Shown: piece after piece, positions 1 to 11,255 of the stretch
Layout of the letters: every line of letters starts with the position of its first letter
Numbering within the stretch: the first letter of the stretch is position 1
Translations under genes and position numbers: made by a program
Assembly (NCBI GenBank): GCA_964255105.1
Contig: CAXUWE010000005.1
Location: forward strand, 1-39,140
DNA: 39,140 nt
From: Porpidia crustulata
Lineage: Eukaryota
Direction: 5' to 3'
Notes under the pieces: generated by a model
The model's input: only the letters and a program-made list of their open reading frames with translations
Told to the model about the DNA's origin: nothing
Database searches by the model: none

Positions 1-1
1 A

Positions 2-27
2 TAACCCTAACCCTAATGCTTAGGGTT
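2..27. repeat. Telomere-type repeat (TAACCC)2.5 followed by an inverted TTAGGG unit
   Basis: TAACCCTAACCCTAA at 2-16, then TGC, then TTAGGGTT at 20-27. A further CCCTAACCC lies at 92-100. TTAGGG is the usual filamentous-ascomycete telomere unit. Only 2.5 units are present and base 1 is A, not C, so a true chromosome end is not proven. Confidence 0.55.
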
Positions 28-234
28 TTCGAACTAGGGGTGAATACGAGTACTTGTCAGTTCGGGCAAATCCGCAAAACCGATCCTGTAGCCCTAACCC
101 TTGGTATGGTGCGGTGAATACTCTACAAGTAATAGGTAGTAGACTCGTTCCGTTAATTGCGAACACTACTTCGGTCGATTTATGAACGTTTTCAAGAAGT
201 TCCGTCTAGCATATCATAGTTAGGTAGGTCGTTT

Positions 235-332
235 ACTCAGGCTAGCTTTTAATCTTCGGACACAGAGGCGAGGATTTCCGCCTAAAAAATTTTTTTGTGT
301 CCGAAGACTGTGGATTAAAATTGAGCCTGAGT
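235..332. repeat. Imperfect ~100-bp inverted repeat / multi-stem hairpin
   Basis: ACTCAGGCT (235-243) pairs with AGCCTGAGT (324-332). TTTTAAT (247-253) pairs with ATTAAAA (314-320). TCTTCGGACACA (253-264) pairs with TGTGTCCGAAGA (296-307). Inner AGGCG (266-270) pairs with CGCCT (279-283), followed by an A6/T7 run. Confidence 0.75.
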
Positions 333-602
333 CACAGAGTAATCAACGAAGGTATCGATTTAATTAAAGGGAACCACTAACCGTACACCCCTTTTACTTA
401 TCCCCAATATGGTGTTTAGTTTTAGGATTATAAATCTATTCCTCATCAAATCGCTTTTTCACTCTGTATTTTGAAAACATCGAGCAATTACACCCTATGC
501 TAATTCGATCAAAAAACATTCTATTTAATACGGAGGTGTCATTCAAAGTCCTTTCGTCCGCCTAGAAGAAGAAATTGCTCTCTCACGATCTCAAAGTCGA
601 CG

Positions 603-775
603 CTCTCCTCTTCTCTCTTCCTTTCCTCCCTATCTATCATCCCCCTATATAATTCGCTTTCCTTCCCCCCCTTTCACCTTCGTCCTCCCTATTACTCGTA
701 CCGCCCCTACTTTTTTCAATCCAGTCTCGTCCTTGTGTCGCTATTTGCTCATGCTTCTCCTCTTATTCTTCTCGA
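603..775 (+). promoter_or_regulatory. Pyrimidine-rich (CT) tract with a TATATAA box, promoter-like
   Basis: Long C/T-rich stretch containing CTATATAA at about 645-652. CT boxes and TATA elements are typical of fungal core promoters, but no convincing ORF follows closely. Confidence 0.25.
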
Positions 776-1939
776 TGATGGTGCTCAACAGAATGGTAGG
801 AGATCGGCGAAGCTAGACTTAGTTGGGTTGGTACTAGACTCTAAGTGGCACTATACCCCTTTGGGATTTCCGGGGAAGGTCTGGTCATGACCAATGTAAT
901 TTATGAATTTAAAGCCAACGTAGAAGATACTGTTATGAGTTATTATCACAAGCATTATTAGCAGATCCAATCTCATTCTACTGAGGTGAACTCAAGACCT
1001 TGTTCCTCAATTCCAAATTATCAACCCGTGTTGAGGTATAGCGCGGAGAAGGTGACAGTCGTCGCCAAAACAAGAAACGTAGTAGCGGGACTCCAATTCA
1101 ATTTGGCAGACGTGGCAGACCAACAGCGCTCGCCGCTAGAGCAGGCTGAGGGCGGCCCCTAGATCAGCTGATCAGCTTTCTGAACCTTATTCCTCGTCCC
1201 GCTACCTCATGACGGCAGAATGGATGGAAACTTACAGATACGGTCAGTCGGCGCTAAATGTAAATTTCAAGCGGCATACACGTACCGTACAAGCCGTAGG
1301 GGTACGTCTCTGCAGTCCCTGCAAGCCTATTTAGAGCTGCTCTCATCCCGCTCCGCTGTCTTTCAGCCACGAGGTTGCATCAACGACCATGCACCTCCAT
1401 CGGATCGGATGTTATTGTCCATCATTGTCCAAAGAAGATTGCTCCGTATGCAAGATGAGGCATACGCGCAGCACGCCTGCCTTCCAATGCGAGGTTAGAA
1501 ACCTTCAGCTTCCAGCCTCCATTTTCCAACGTCCGGCGGAGTAGCAAATCATTGAGCCATGCACTACAGGCTCATCGGCATATGTATGCACCACCAATAG
1601 TAATCTCGTCTACACTTGCCAGTACCTTGCAGTTGTCTATCGATCTCCCCCACGTATGTGTAAGAGGTTACACAAGAGGATGGGTCATTCTAGTTCTTCT
1701 GTTCTGCAACTAAAACGCGTACTATGTATGCGGGCTCTTGACGACCTTGTTTTTTCTCATTGCCTTGTCTACGGGATTTCTTCACGGGTGAGGTCAGTGG
1801 CAACATTAGCTCCATCATCGCTTTTCCCCATGAGAATTATCATGTTTTTCGCGAGTATGAGCCGCTCAGACACATTAAAGCGAGGCGTCCGTCTATTACT
1901 GTGGGCTTTACTCGTGCAATTGATCAGCTACGAGGAGTC

Positions 1940-4816
1940 ATGATGCTGTTCCTTTACTTGCTCGTCCTCGTTGCCGCACCGGTCCTCTCGTTCTCCAAAC
2001 AGAATCGTGGATTACGCGGACGAAGCCCTCAGGTTGTCAAGCATGGAATGTTTCCTGGCAGCATCAACAAACAAAGTGGTCAAAGCAGCAAATTTGGGGA
2101 AAGAGCTCCTATCTATCGACGTCAAGCTTCTCCCCCTGCGTCCTGCGGCTCAAGAAATCCATTAGCCATCAAGGCACCTAAGTCGAATATCTTCGCAGGT
2201 TTGACCAACGACGAGGCGGCTGCCGTAACGTCTTTTCTTCATGGTCAGAGCAGGCTGAATCTGACAGCAGCTGCGACTGCGACTGAGTGAACTCTCCCAG
2301 AATCCCGGAGCAAGCCATATATCAGGCTAAAATATGTATAGTTGGGACAACAAACTTCTGCAGGTGGAACTCTTGCAACCAAATAAATCCGACGCACTTT
2401 CCTATTTGAACTCCAGCGCGGCGGCCCCAGTCCGCTATGCTCGAGCCGTCATTCAATTCGGTGCCACTTTGGAGCCCTACATTCAGGAATACCAGGTTGG
2501 ACCTTTACCCGTTGTCAATGGATCAACCGCCTTGGCTTCACTGGACTCTATTTACAACAAGGGCAAGGGTTCCATCCGCGTCTACGATCAAGACTCAGTA
2601 GCATTAGTAGCATTCTCGTACCAGATCAGTACCGGTATTGCTGATATCACCCAGTCTCTGCTCAATGGCGTAAGTCGATACCTCACACATGTCAACCATG
2701 CTGACTTCCTTGAGAAGACGGCCTTAGGAGTTCCAAACGACACTCTGGCCATTGCCGGCAGTGCGCCGTTGACGTTTGAAGATAACAAAGTTTTCCAGTG
2801 GAACCAATTTTACAGCATCAATACGACCCCATGTCTCGACGAATATTTATTGCAAAGCGGCCTCGAATTCAAAACTGAAATTACTGGTCGTGATCCCGCA
2901 AAGTGGTCCGTTGTTGCCTGGCAATACAACGGAATCTTCTATGAGTCGGAGATGGCTTTCCGTCAGGCGTTGAATTCCTCCACCTTCACCAGGCCAGGTC
3001 CGACTTCCGATGGCCCCTGGGCCTGCACAGACTACCATGGTGGCTCTTTCCCTCATGACGAGCTCCATCCACCGGTTCCGGTGCAACCAGATGGCCCACG
3101 GTTCGCTGTAGATGAGCAGGAGGGATACATAGAATGGAGTACGTCAACACAATCCCTCGAGCAGTCTTCAGAGTACCCAGGCTAACAATTGCCAAAGTGG
3201 ACTTTAGTTTCTATCTCTCCTCGACCAGAGATCGGGGTATGCAGCTAAACAACGTCGCATACAAAGGCGAGAGATTCATCTACGAGGTGGGACTTCAGGA
3301 AGCCGTAGCTCATTACGCCTCCGCATCCGACCCATTCCAGGCCTCGAATGCGTATCTCGATAGCGAATTTGGATTTGGTCAATCCTCCTTCCAACTCGTC
3401 AGTGGCTTCGATTGTCCTGCATATGCCACTTACCTGAATACCTCATTCTACATCGAGGAGACGACTCATACCCACCCAAGCAGCATCTGCCTGTTTGAAT
3501 TTGATACCGGGTATCCCATCCAACGCCACACTGCACCCAGCTATGTCAGCGTCACCAAGAATATTGCTTTCATTGTGCGCAGTGTTGCAACCGTTGGTAA
3601 CTACGACTATATGTTCGATTACGAATTCTACCTCGATGGATCAATCCATGTTACCGTTCGTGCGTCGGGATATATCCAGTCTTCATTCTGGACTACAGGC
3701 AACCCTATCAACGACGGTTTCCATATTCACGATCACGTGCTGGGGTCAATGCACGATCATGTGTTGAACTACAAGTTAGATCTCGACGTGGCCGGAACAG
3801 CTAATAGTCTCGTGAAGAACGCTCTAGTCCCCACCACTCAAGTGTGAGTATACTACACAATTTCTTTTGATTCGAATGGTGCTCTAATGGAGGCATCAGG
3901 TACCCTTGGTCCAACGGCAAAGCCAGGAGTACAATGACATTTGACCGCTCCTTCATCACCTCCGAAAACGAGGGAAAATTGAACTGGGACGTCAACAACG
4001 GCGTCATGTATTCCGTGGTGAACAAAGACGCGCCCAATCAATACGGAGAATATCGCGGCTTCAAATTCTTGCCAGGCAAGTCCACTCAAATTTGTCTCCT
4101 AGGGTTCCCAAAGTTGACATTGAGACCAGCAACCGGGAATAGAAATTATCTCACAGTCCAAAACTCCAGTACCCTCGGTGCCTCTGTGAATTGGGCGACG
4201 AACCATTTTTATGCGGTTCAACGCAAGGATAATGAGCCGCATAGCGCGTATCCGTACAATTCGTACGATCCAAATAACCCAGTGGTCGACTTTGATAAGT
4301 TTTTCAATGGGGAGAGTCTTGATCAGGAGGATATCGTTATGTAAGCCAGCATTCCCATGCTCTGTCCTTCGATCACTGTTTGAGGTCGGTGACTAACCGA
4401 GTTTTGAAACGCAGCTATTTCAATCTTGGCATGCATCACGTACCAGATACTTCCGACATCCCCAACACGGTCCTCACGGTAAGCCTTACTCCTCCCCTTC
4501 CCATCTTCTCTTTAATTAGTCTAACCGCTAACAGACCTCCCACTCCTCCATGATAATCGCCCCCTCAAACTTCTTCGACGGCGACCCCTCCCGCAGTACT
4601 ATCCACCAAACACGCATCAACGTCATCAACGGCACCGTGACCGACGCGCTGACCTTTGGCGCTACACAGCCGTCTGGCTCTATCGATTGGTCTTGTACAG
4701 CGCCAAATTTGCAGTCATTTATTGGGGAGGAGTATATTAGTAAGTATCCGTATGAGCCGGATGCGCAGCAGGTTGGGAATTTGGGGGCTGGGACGGGAGT
4801 TGGCGGGCCACCGTAA
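1940..4816 (+). CDS. Secreted copper-containing (TPQ) amine oxidase, lysyl-oxidase(PPLO)-like; exons 1940-2286, 2342-2669, 2718-3138, 3198-3843, 3900-4075, 4130-4340, 4415-4478, 4535-4816 (824 aa)
   Basis: Hydrophobic N-terminus MMLFLYLLVLVAAPVLS. TPQ consensus TVGNYDY, Cu-ligand motifs SMHDHVLNYKLDLDVAG and NLGMHHVP, and a candidate catalytic Asp in AYLD. Seven 48-74 nt introns with branch-point motifs join the ORF fragments into one frame (2475 nt): TDWDNK, EWMDFSF, QVYPWS, DIVIYFNLG, VLTTSHSS. Many N-x-S/T sequons. Confidence 0.93.
2670..2717 (+). other. In-frame, stop-free 48-nt intron (amine oxidase intron 2)
   Basis: GTAAGT donor at 2670, GCTGAC branch at 2700-2705, AAG acceptor ending 2717. 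Splicing removes VSRYLTHVNHADFLEK and gives LLNG-TALG. Confidence 0.75.
4076..4129 (+). other. Non-canonical GC-AG intron, 54 nt, in-frame and stop-free (amine oxidase intron 5)
   Basis: AG|GCAAGT donor context, TTGAC branch at 4114-4118, CAG acceptor ending 4129. Splicing gives FKFLP-A-TGNRNYLTVQNSS. Confidence 0.65.
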
Positions 4817-6593
4817 TTGAGGTAGAACATGTATAGGTTTGGGAGTAGCAGCGACTTGTTGTGGAGGTGAGAAAGATGTCGATTGCTTGCTCAAAGCGGC
4901 TCAAAGGATTAGGATCCCGTTATGTACCATCCGGGAAGCTCGAGACATAGTCACAGATTAGACAATGCAATTGCAGAAACATCCGAGTTCTGGCTGGCGC
5001 AGTGCATTATTTGTGGGAGCCAAGGACACCACGTAGCCAGCGAATAGCGGCAACGATAACGCCGGAAGATTGTTAAGATGAGGGTGGAATTGAACGTTGA
5101 ATCATCTACAGACCCGATATTCGGGATATCTATACCTGAGTCAGCATTTGAGGAGCGTCGTTAACCCAAAGGGGCTTAGCGATGCACGTCAGAGAACTGA
5201 GGCAACGGTGTATCTAGATAAGCGGCTCATGGTTCTATTGCCCGCTACTTAAACCGTTCCTTACTCCGCATCCCGTCTGAACAGTGCGTGGACGTACTCG
5301 TATATTGGAAAGTCCGCTCCTCTGGTCTACGTCTGAGCAAGCAAGTCGCTATTCCTATGGGCAATCGCTCCTGGAACGCCCCTAACGTTGCCGCTTTCAC
5401 CACAGATTGCTATCTTGATCAGATACCTTCAAAGAGCTTACCAAACGTGAGCAAGCGGTCCTACATCACCAAAACTTTTTACCTCATCGCACAGCCTTTG
5501 AAGTCAGTGAGATGACTCTGTGTCAGGGTTTGCAGCAAGTCAATGCGTTCAAACGCAGTTCATTCAGATTCGCAGCCAATGATCTCTACAGTAGATCTAA
5601 AACCTTCTACAACTTAACACGGTTGATGAAAATAATGCAGTCACCGACTGAAGCCTTTCCTTCCATGATGACTAGAAAATGTGTGAAAAGGAGGAGCACA
5701 ATCACACTTGACATTGGCCCTACATCATCGAGATCTCCGGCAGTGCGTCCGAGTAAAGAGCATAAACCGCTTTACAAAGATCCTATCACAAGCCCGCTTC
5801 CTTCGCCAAATCTGTGCGGGGTATCAGCAGAGATTTGATCGTCCCCTCACATTGTTCTAAAGGGGAGGTCATGTCTGGCAACGGCGCATAGGTCTTATTA
5901 ATGGACAATACAGAATTCCGAGTCTGCTGCTGTTGCGAAATGGAATCTTGCTTGCACTCTGCCCTTTATTTCCCGAGGTGAAGATGATCGTCGATAGGGT
6001 TGGGTGCGCGATGATAATTCGATCGCACAGGAGCTTGAGTATCGAACATTTCCGCTTTGATGTGCTTCGTCATTTGACTTTGTGTCTGCAGTTTTGATTG
6101 TAGCTCTTGACCGTGATCGCCGCTGCAAGAGCTTTTCATCGGTGAACAAATGGCTACAGAAACTCGGTATCATCTGGCAGGCGACGACTAATGCAACGAT
6201 ATGATATTATCCGACACCACCTCTCTCGCAGCACGGATCGGCGAGGAGCATTATGTTCAAGTGATCTCGGACCCCCGCTCTCGTCGACTTTAATACTTGA
6301 TATTTAGGCAACTCCACGGGGCTTTGTTAGATCAATCATGCCACCTCTTTCATCCCCTCTCCTCTTGAGCTTGCTCCCAGCGTGTAGATGGCCATAGGGT
6401 ACTTCTCTACAAAAATTTAACCATCTGATTACGCATTCGTGCCCGAATTCTATTGTCTAAGAAACAGTATCCGGGGTGGTATCATACTCACCATATAGCG
6501 GACGAGTTAGGAAAAACTTTTCGGATATCTATAATATCTAATCATAAGTTATGTACTGATTGCACGTATACTACCCTCCCTTCGCCTTTATTC

Positions 6594-9500
6594 TTAAAAG
6601 TCTCTCGCAACATTCTCCTTAAGCTCCTCTGCAACACAGCTGTTGTATAGCTGCCGGAAGGCTGATGACGGTTGCGTCAATAGCACATGTGGGCTTCCAA
6701 ATTCTATCAGGGTCCCATTGTCCATCACAGCTACTTTGTCAAAGTCTGTGATAGTGTCCAACTTGTGAGCTACTGCTAGGATCGTGTGCTTCGAGAACTT
6801 CTGTCGGATGATCGTTTGGATCAACTTGTCCGTAACGTCGTCAACACTAGGGAAAACATTAGTTGCGTCTTGACTTCATGGCGAGAAAAATTATGCACCA
6901 AGAACTCACCTGCTTGTCGCTTCATCAAGGACGAGGACTGAACTGCGTCGGAGCAGTACTTGCGCAAAACATAACAGCTGCTTCTGACCATGAGAAAGAT
7001 TGACAGCGTCAATGCTAGCATCAAGCCCGCCTTTGTCTCGGAGAACATCCCAGAGCCGCACATCCTCTAGTGCACCAATGATTGCCTTATCAGAAGCCTT
7101 CTTGTAAGGATCCACATTCAGACGAACAGTTCCATGAATCATGAAGACGTCTTGAGGCAGCCCAATAATTCTAGAGCGGACTACCTCGCTTGGAAGCGTA
7201 GAGGTGTCGACACCATCAATACTTATGGAGCCCCCATGAAGCTCTATCATTCCGAAGATGGCTAGAATGAGTGAGCTTTTCCCGCTGCCTGTCCGCCCAC
7301 AGACACCAATCTTTTCACCTGCTTGAACAGACATCGTCAAATTTTTTAATACCATTCGCGACGAATCATAACTGGCATAGACCGAATTGAATTCAATGCC
7401 ACCTTGTGGCGGCCAGCCAGGGGGAGGGCCTGCCTTTCCGTGAGACGACTCCTCGCGGTCAGTGCGAGCCGCAAAATTTTTGATCCTGGCGACTGCTCCA
7501 ATGTGCGTCTCCAACATTGTCCAGTACTGAATGACCAGCTTGATGTGCTGGCTGAACAGAACAACATTCAGTAAAGCGATGCCCACCGACGCTCCTTGGA
7601 TAGTGCCTCGCAGCTGGGAAACGAGTACCATCAACAAAACTCCGACTGCAGCTACAAGCATGTCTAGAACCAATTGCAGCCAGCGTTGAACTGACCAAAG
7701 AAGGTAGAACGGTCTCTGAGATAGATCGAGGAGATGATTGGTTTTTTTGCCCAGGTCATTTTGCCACCCGAAAGCACGCACAGTCATCAGGCCCCCCAAA
7801 ATCTCCGTGAACTGGGAGTAGAGTGGAGCCTTGGCCTCCAGATCAAGGAATCGCAGCTGTCTCGACGTTCTCAGGTAAAATCTTTGGATGAGATAAAGAG
7901 CTATGAACCAGACTGGAAAAGAGATAGCAGCATAGGTCGAGGTGACCCCGATAAGAATAATCTGAGCAAGACACAACACAGCAGCGGCAAATACATTCAA
8001 AGCCGAAGTAGGTAAGTCCATGTCGATAAGCTGGAGATCCTGGGAGAATCTGTTGAGCGTGACTCCAGTATCTGTTGTCGAAAAGAACGACAGTGGAGCG
8101 GCTAGAACAGTATCGAGCAGCTTTTGGTGGAAATTTTCACCTGCTTGTGACACCATGGTGACAAGTAGCTGCCAGCAGCCGACCACGAGGCATGCTAGAC
8201 CACCAACCCCGAGCAGAGCATAGATACCCAGGTAATACCCTAGTTTTTGATTTGGATGGTCAGAATTTGCAGTAGACCACCATCCTAGCCAGACTTGTGG
8301 GAAGGTCATCGCGAAGACATAACCGCAGATGGCAGCCACGAAACTTATCACGGTGAATCTTCCAACCGTCTTAACGTAATATCCATACACAGAAAGGTCG
8401 CCAGTCCGCCTATTGGCGTCGAGCTCGGATTCACTCAGGCCCTTGATTGCCTTCACTGCGATAGGGGCATGGATAGGCTCGTCGGGAGAAGAGAAAAGCC
8501 GATCAAATTTGGCCTCCTTTGTTTGAACCCTCCAGTCTGGTTCCGGCAAATCAAGGTTGGAAACGTAACCGCCACTCGCATTAAGCTGTTGGAAATTTCC
8601 CTGCTCTGAAACATTGCCCTGTTCATCGAGAACGACGATATGATCTGCAAATGGCAAGCGCTTGGTGGAAGAGGAAGCAAGAATGACGGTCGCACACTGA
8701 CGGTGGAAGATTCCATCCACGCCAAGCAGGCCGTGGAAAATGCGATTTTCTGTGTCAAGGTCGAGACCACTGAAGACGTCATCGAGGATGCAGAGAGCTC
8801 GTCGCGCGTATGCAGCACGAGCCAAGGCGAGCCGCTGACACTGGCCACCGCTCAATTTAATGCCTTTGCTTCCAATCTGTGTTTGATCCCCGAGTGGCAA
8901 TTGCTGCAGATCCTCGTTTAAAGCGCACCCCTTCAGTACACAGTTGTACCATCGTTCATCAAACTCTTCGAACATCAATATGCTGTCGCGGATGGAACTA
9001 TTCATGAGGAATGGAGACTGCTCGCAGTACGCGATATCATCAGAGAAGAGCTGCACCGTTCCAGATATTGTTGGTATTTCACCAAGGAGCGCTTTTAGCA
9101 AGACAGTCTTTCCGCATCCTACCGGACCAATTATCATAGTAAGCTTTGCACGGGGAACCTTCATATCTAAAGATCTGATCAAAGGTTCTTTCTCGCCTTC
9201 AAAGCCGAAGCTCGCGCCTCGGACGATGAGCGCATCGCCTTCAGGGTTCGAGAATGGAATCATAACTTTTTCCAGCACATCAAGAGCGGGGGCTTTTTCG
9301 CTGCGAGAGAGTATCTCAGTCCCACTACCATCTGTTTGTGGACTTTCAATTTTGGAATTGGACTGGGAACTCGAGGTCTTCGCGGAACTGTCAGGAAAGG
9401 GCTTCGACCTTTGATCCACGTGTTCGCATTTTCCCAAGAAAGCCTGAATGCGATCGAAGCAGCCCACAGAGCCCGCAAATTGGGCCATAGCCATAAGTAG

Positions 9501-11255
9501 CGAAGCCAAAGGCTCGGAGAGCAGCGCGAAAAGCGAAAGCGACGTGAAGGCTTTGCTGATAGTCAGGGTGGTATTACCATCCTTCAGCGCTAAAAGCGAG
9601 AACACAGCGAAAGTCAAAACAGGAGCGATCAGTTGTGTAGCGTACGAAAAAAAAAGGTTGGCTATCAGGAGCCTACGAAATCTACCGGAAACGCTAAGTT
9701 CCTCCATCCTTAAACCGTGAAGACTTGTATTGAAGACGTCTGTTAAAGCGCACATCTTGACCCGTTTCATTGAGCCTAGCATGGTGGTTGTGGCGCTGAT
9801 CCGTCGTTCAATTGCTTCAAGCCAGTGCGCTTGACTTTGCATGATGACATTCAAAATCAAAACGGAGCCCAGCAACGATACTGCATACACAATCAGAAGC
9901 AGACTCAAGCTAGAGAACGAACCCGGCCCATTGCGAGGGTCGACTTACCAACGGCAACAGCAATTGGAATTGCGCAGGCTGCTCCCAGCTGACGTTCCAG
10001 CAGATATATCGCGACACCGATTTCAATGATGTTCGCCCAGATTTCATGCATTGTTTGCCAACCGTTCGTTATTCGCTCGATGTCAGCGCTCATCAACGTC
10101 AGTGACGCTGATGGATCAACGTCATCTGACTTCAGCAAAGACGTCTTGGCAAAGAGCATCGAGATTAGACCTCCCCTGGCCATTGTGATCGAGCGATAAG
10201 CCCAATGCTGATACTGGGCCATCGTGATCGCAATACCAACGTACACGATGAGATAGGCGGCAATAAGTCCGTATCCAGCATTTATTGAAGCTGGCGTGAT
10301 TGGCTGTGAAGAAAGATCAACCGCTCGAGTGATCAGGAATGGTTGGCAAAAGGTGAAGCCGATGTATACGAGGCGAGGCGGGACAGCGCAGAGAAAGTCC
10401 CATTTGAATCTCTGGAAAAAAAGCAGCAGCAGTGAATGAGGACCCTTGACCGCGACGTTCTCCCAGGTTTTCTTCACCCGTGAATAGAGATAATCGGACG
10501 ATAAATGTTTGTCCAGCCCGTATAGCTCTTCCAATTCCAGTGACTTGGAGTGGCCTTTGATGAAAAGAGGATTCAGCCACCAGAAGAAAGCCTGGTTATA
10601 GAAGCCTGCGGTCGACTCAGGTGTGGCAGCTTTCCATTTGCAGCGCAAAATGGTTCGTTTCTCAATTGCTTCGACTATAACAAGAACAGTCTTGATGGCG
10701 ACCGAGACTGTCATGACAGGGGCGATCGTCGACTGATATCCTTGTAACCATAACGTCCTGACTTGAGCAATATCGAAAAGCAGAGTTATGAATAACCAAG
10801 AATTCAAGATGAATGAGGGCCGGAGCGTTCGCTGGTGTTCCGTGAAGGATAGGACTCCAAGGGCGCATGCGCCGACAACCCTGATAACAGCGTTTGCTAT
10901 CGAGGCTCTGGTTCTGATCGCTGCTGGTTCCGCCCACAGCGCTAGAAGAGCAACTTGGATACCTCCATAGACTACGTACAGCACCTATACGATCTCAACT
11001 TCAGCTCGGCGTTAGTGTCTATGCGAGAAGTGCACATACCAATTTAGAAGTCGATAAGAGACTCTGATTGACCTTAATACTCCTCTTGATCAGGTATGAG
11101 ATCCGGAGAGGGACCACCAGAAGCAGCAAACAGAGCGGAAGGAGAGATAAGATTGACTCCTCAAAAAATAAGGTGAAATCGAATCCTCCCCGGCAGCTGC
11201 CGGCCCATGGCCCAAACGTATCGTCGACCCATGAACATGAAGCAGGCGCTACCAT
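6594..11255 (-). CDS. ABC transporter, ABCC/MRP subfamily (N-terminal TM extension-TMD1-NBD1-TMD2-NBD2); exons 11255-11040, 10984-9949, 9880-6910, 6846-6594 (1491 aa)
   Basis: Fungal ABCC N-terminus (DDTFGP..CRGGFDFTLFFEESIL). NBD1 has GPVGCGKT, LSGGQ and ILDD. NBD2 has GRTGSGKS, LSHGQ, VLDEATS and AHKL. TMD2 has the NRFSQDLQLID motif. Introns 10985-11039 (GTATGT..TAG), 9881-9948 (GTAAGT..CAG) and 6847-6909 (GTGAGT..TAG) restore a single frame. Confidence 0.95.

Noticed and set aside
1..30. TAACCCTAA as a telomerase RNA template
   Set aside because: The repeat is longer than a typical ~1.5-unit template, the upstream context is missing, and no other TER elements could be identified.
780..960. 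TA-rich stretch with GTCATGAC and TGTTATGA, considered as LTR termini or a RIP-mutated transposon
   Set aside because: No TG..CA-bounded direct repeat, target-site duplication or transposon coding relic could be shown by eye.
1162..1177. GATCAGCT x2 overlapping palindromes
   Set aside because: Too short and isolated to assign a function.
1220..1943. Short ORFs upstream of the amine oxidase, including the TTG-started extension 1760-1939
   Set aside because: No recognisable motifs. ATG 1940 directly opens a signal peptide, so the extension is probably UTR or promoter.
4817..6593. ORFs 5288-5515, 5512-5838 and 5898-6173; SPREIKGRVQ faintly resembles F-box-like LPREIR motifs
   Set aside because: Short, with no consistent splice model and too weak a similarity to call a gene or pseudogene. 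A tBLASTx search would settle it.
9647..9655. A9 homopolymer in the ABC gene as a possible slippage or frameshift site
   Set aside because: The reading frame is intact through it (NLFFSY).
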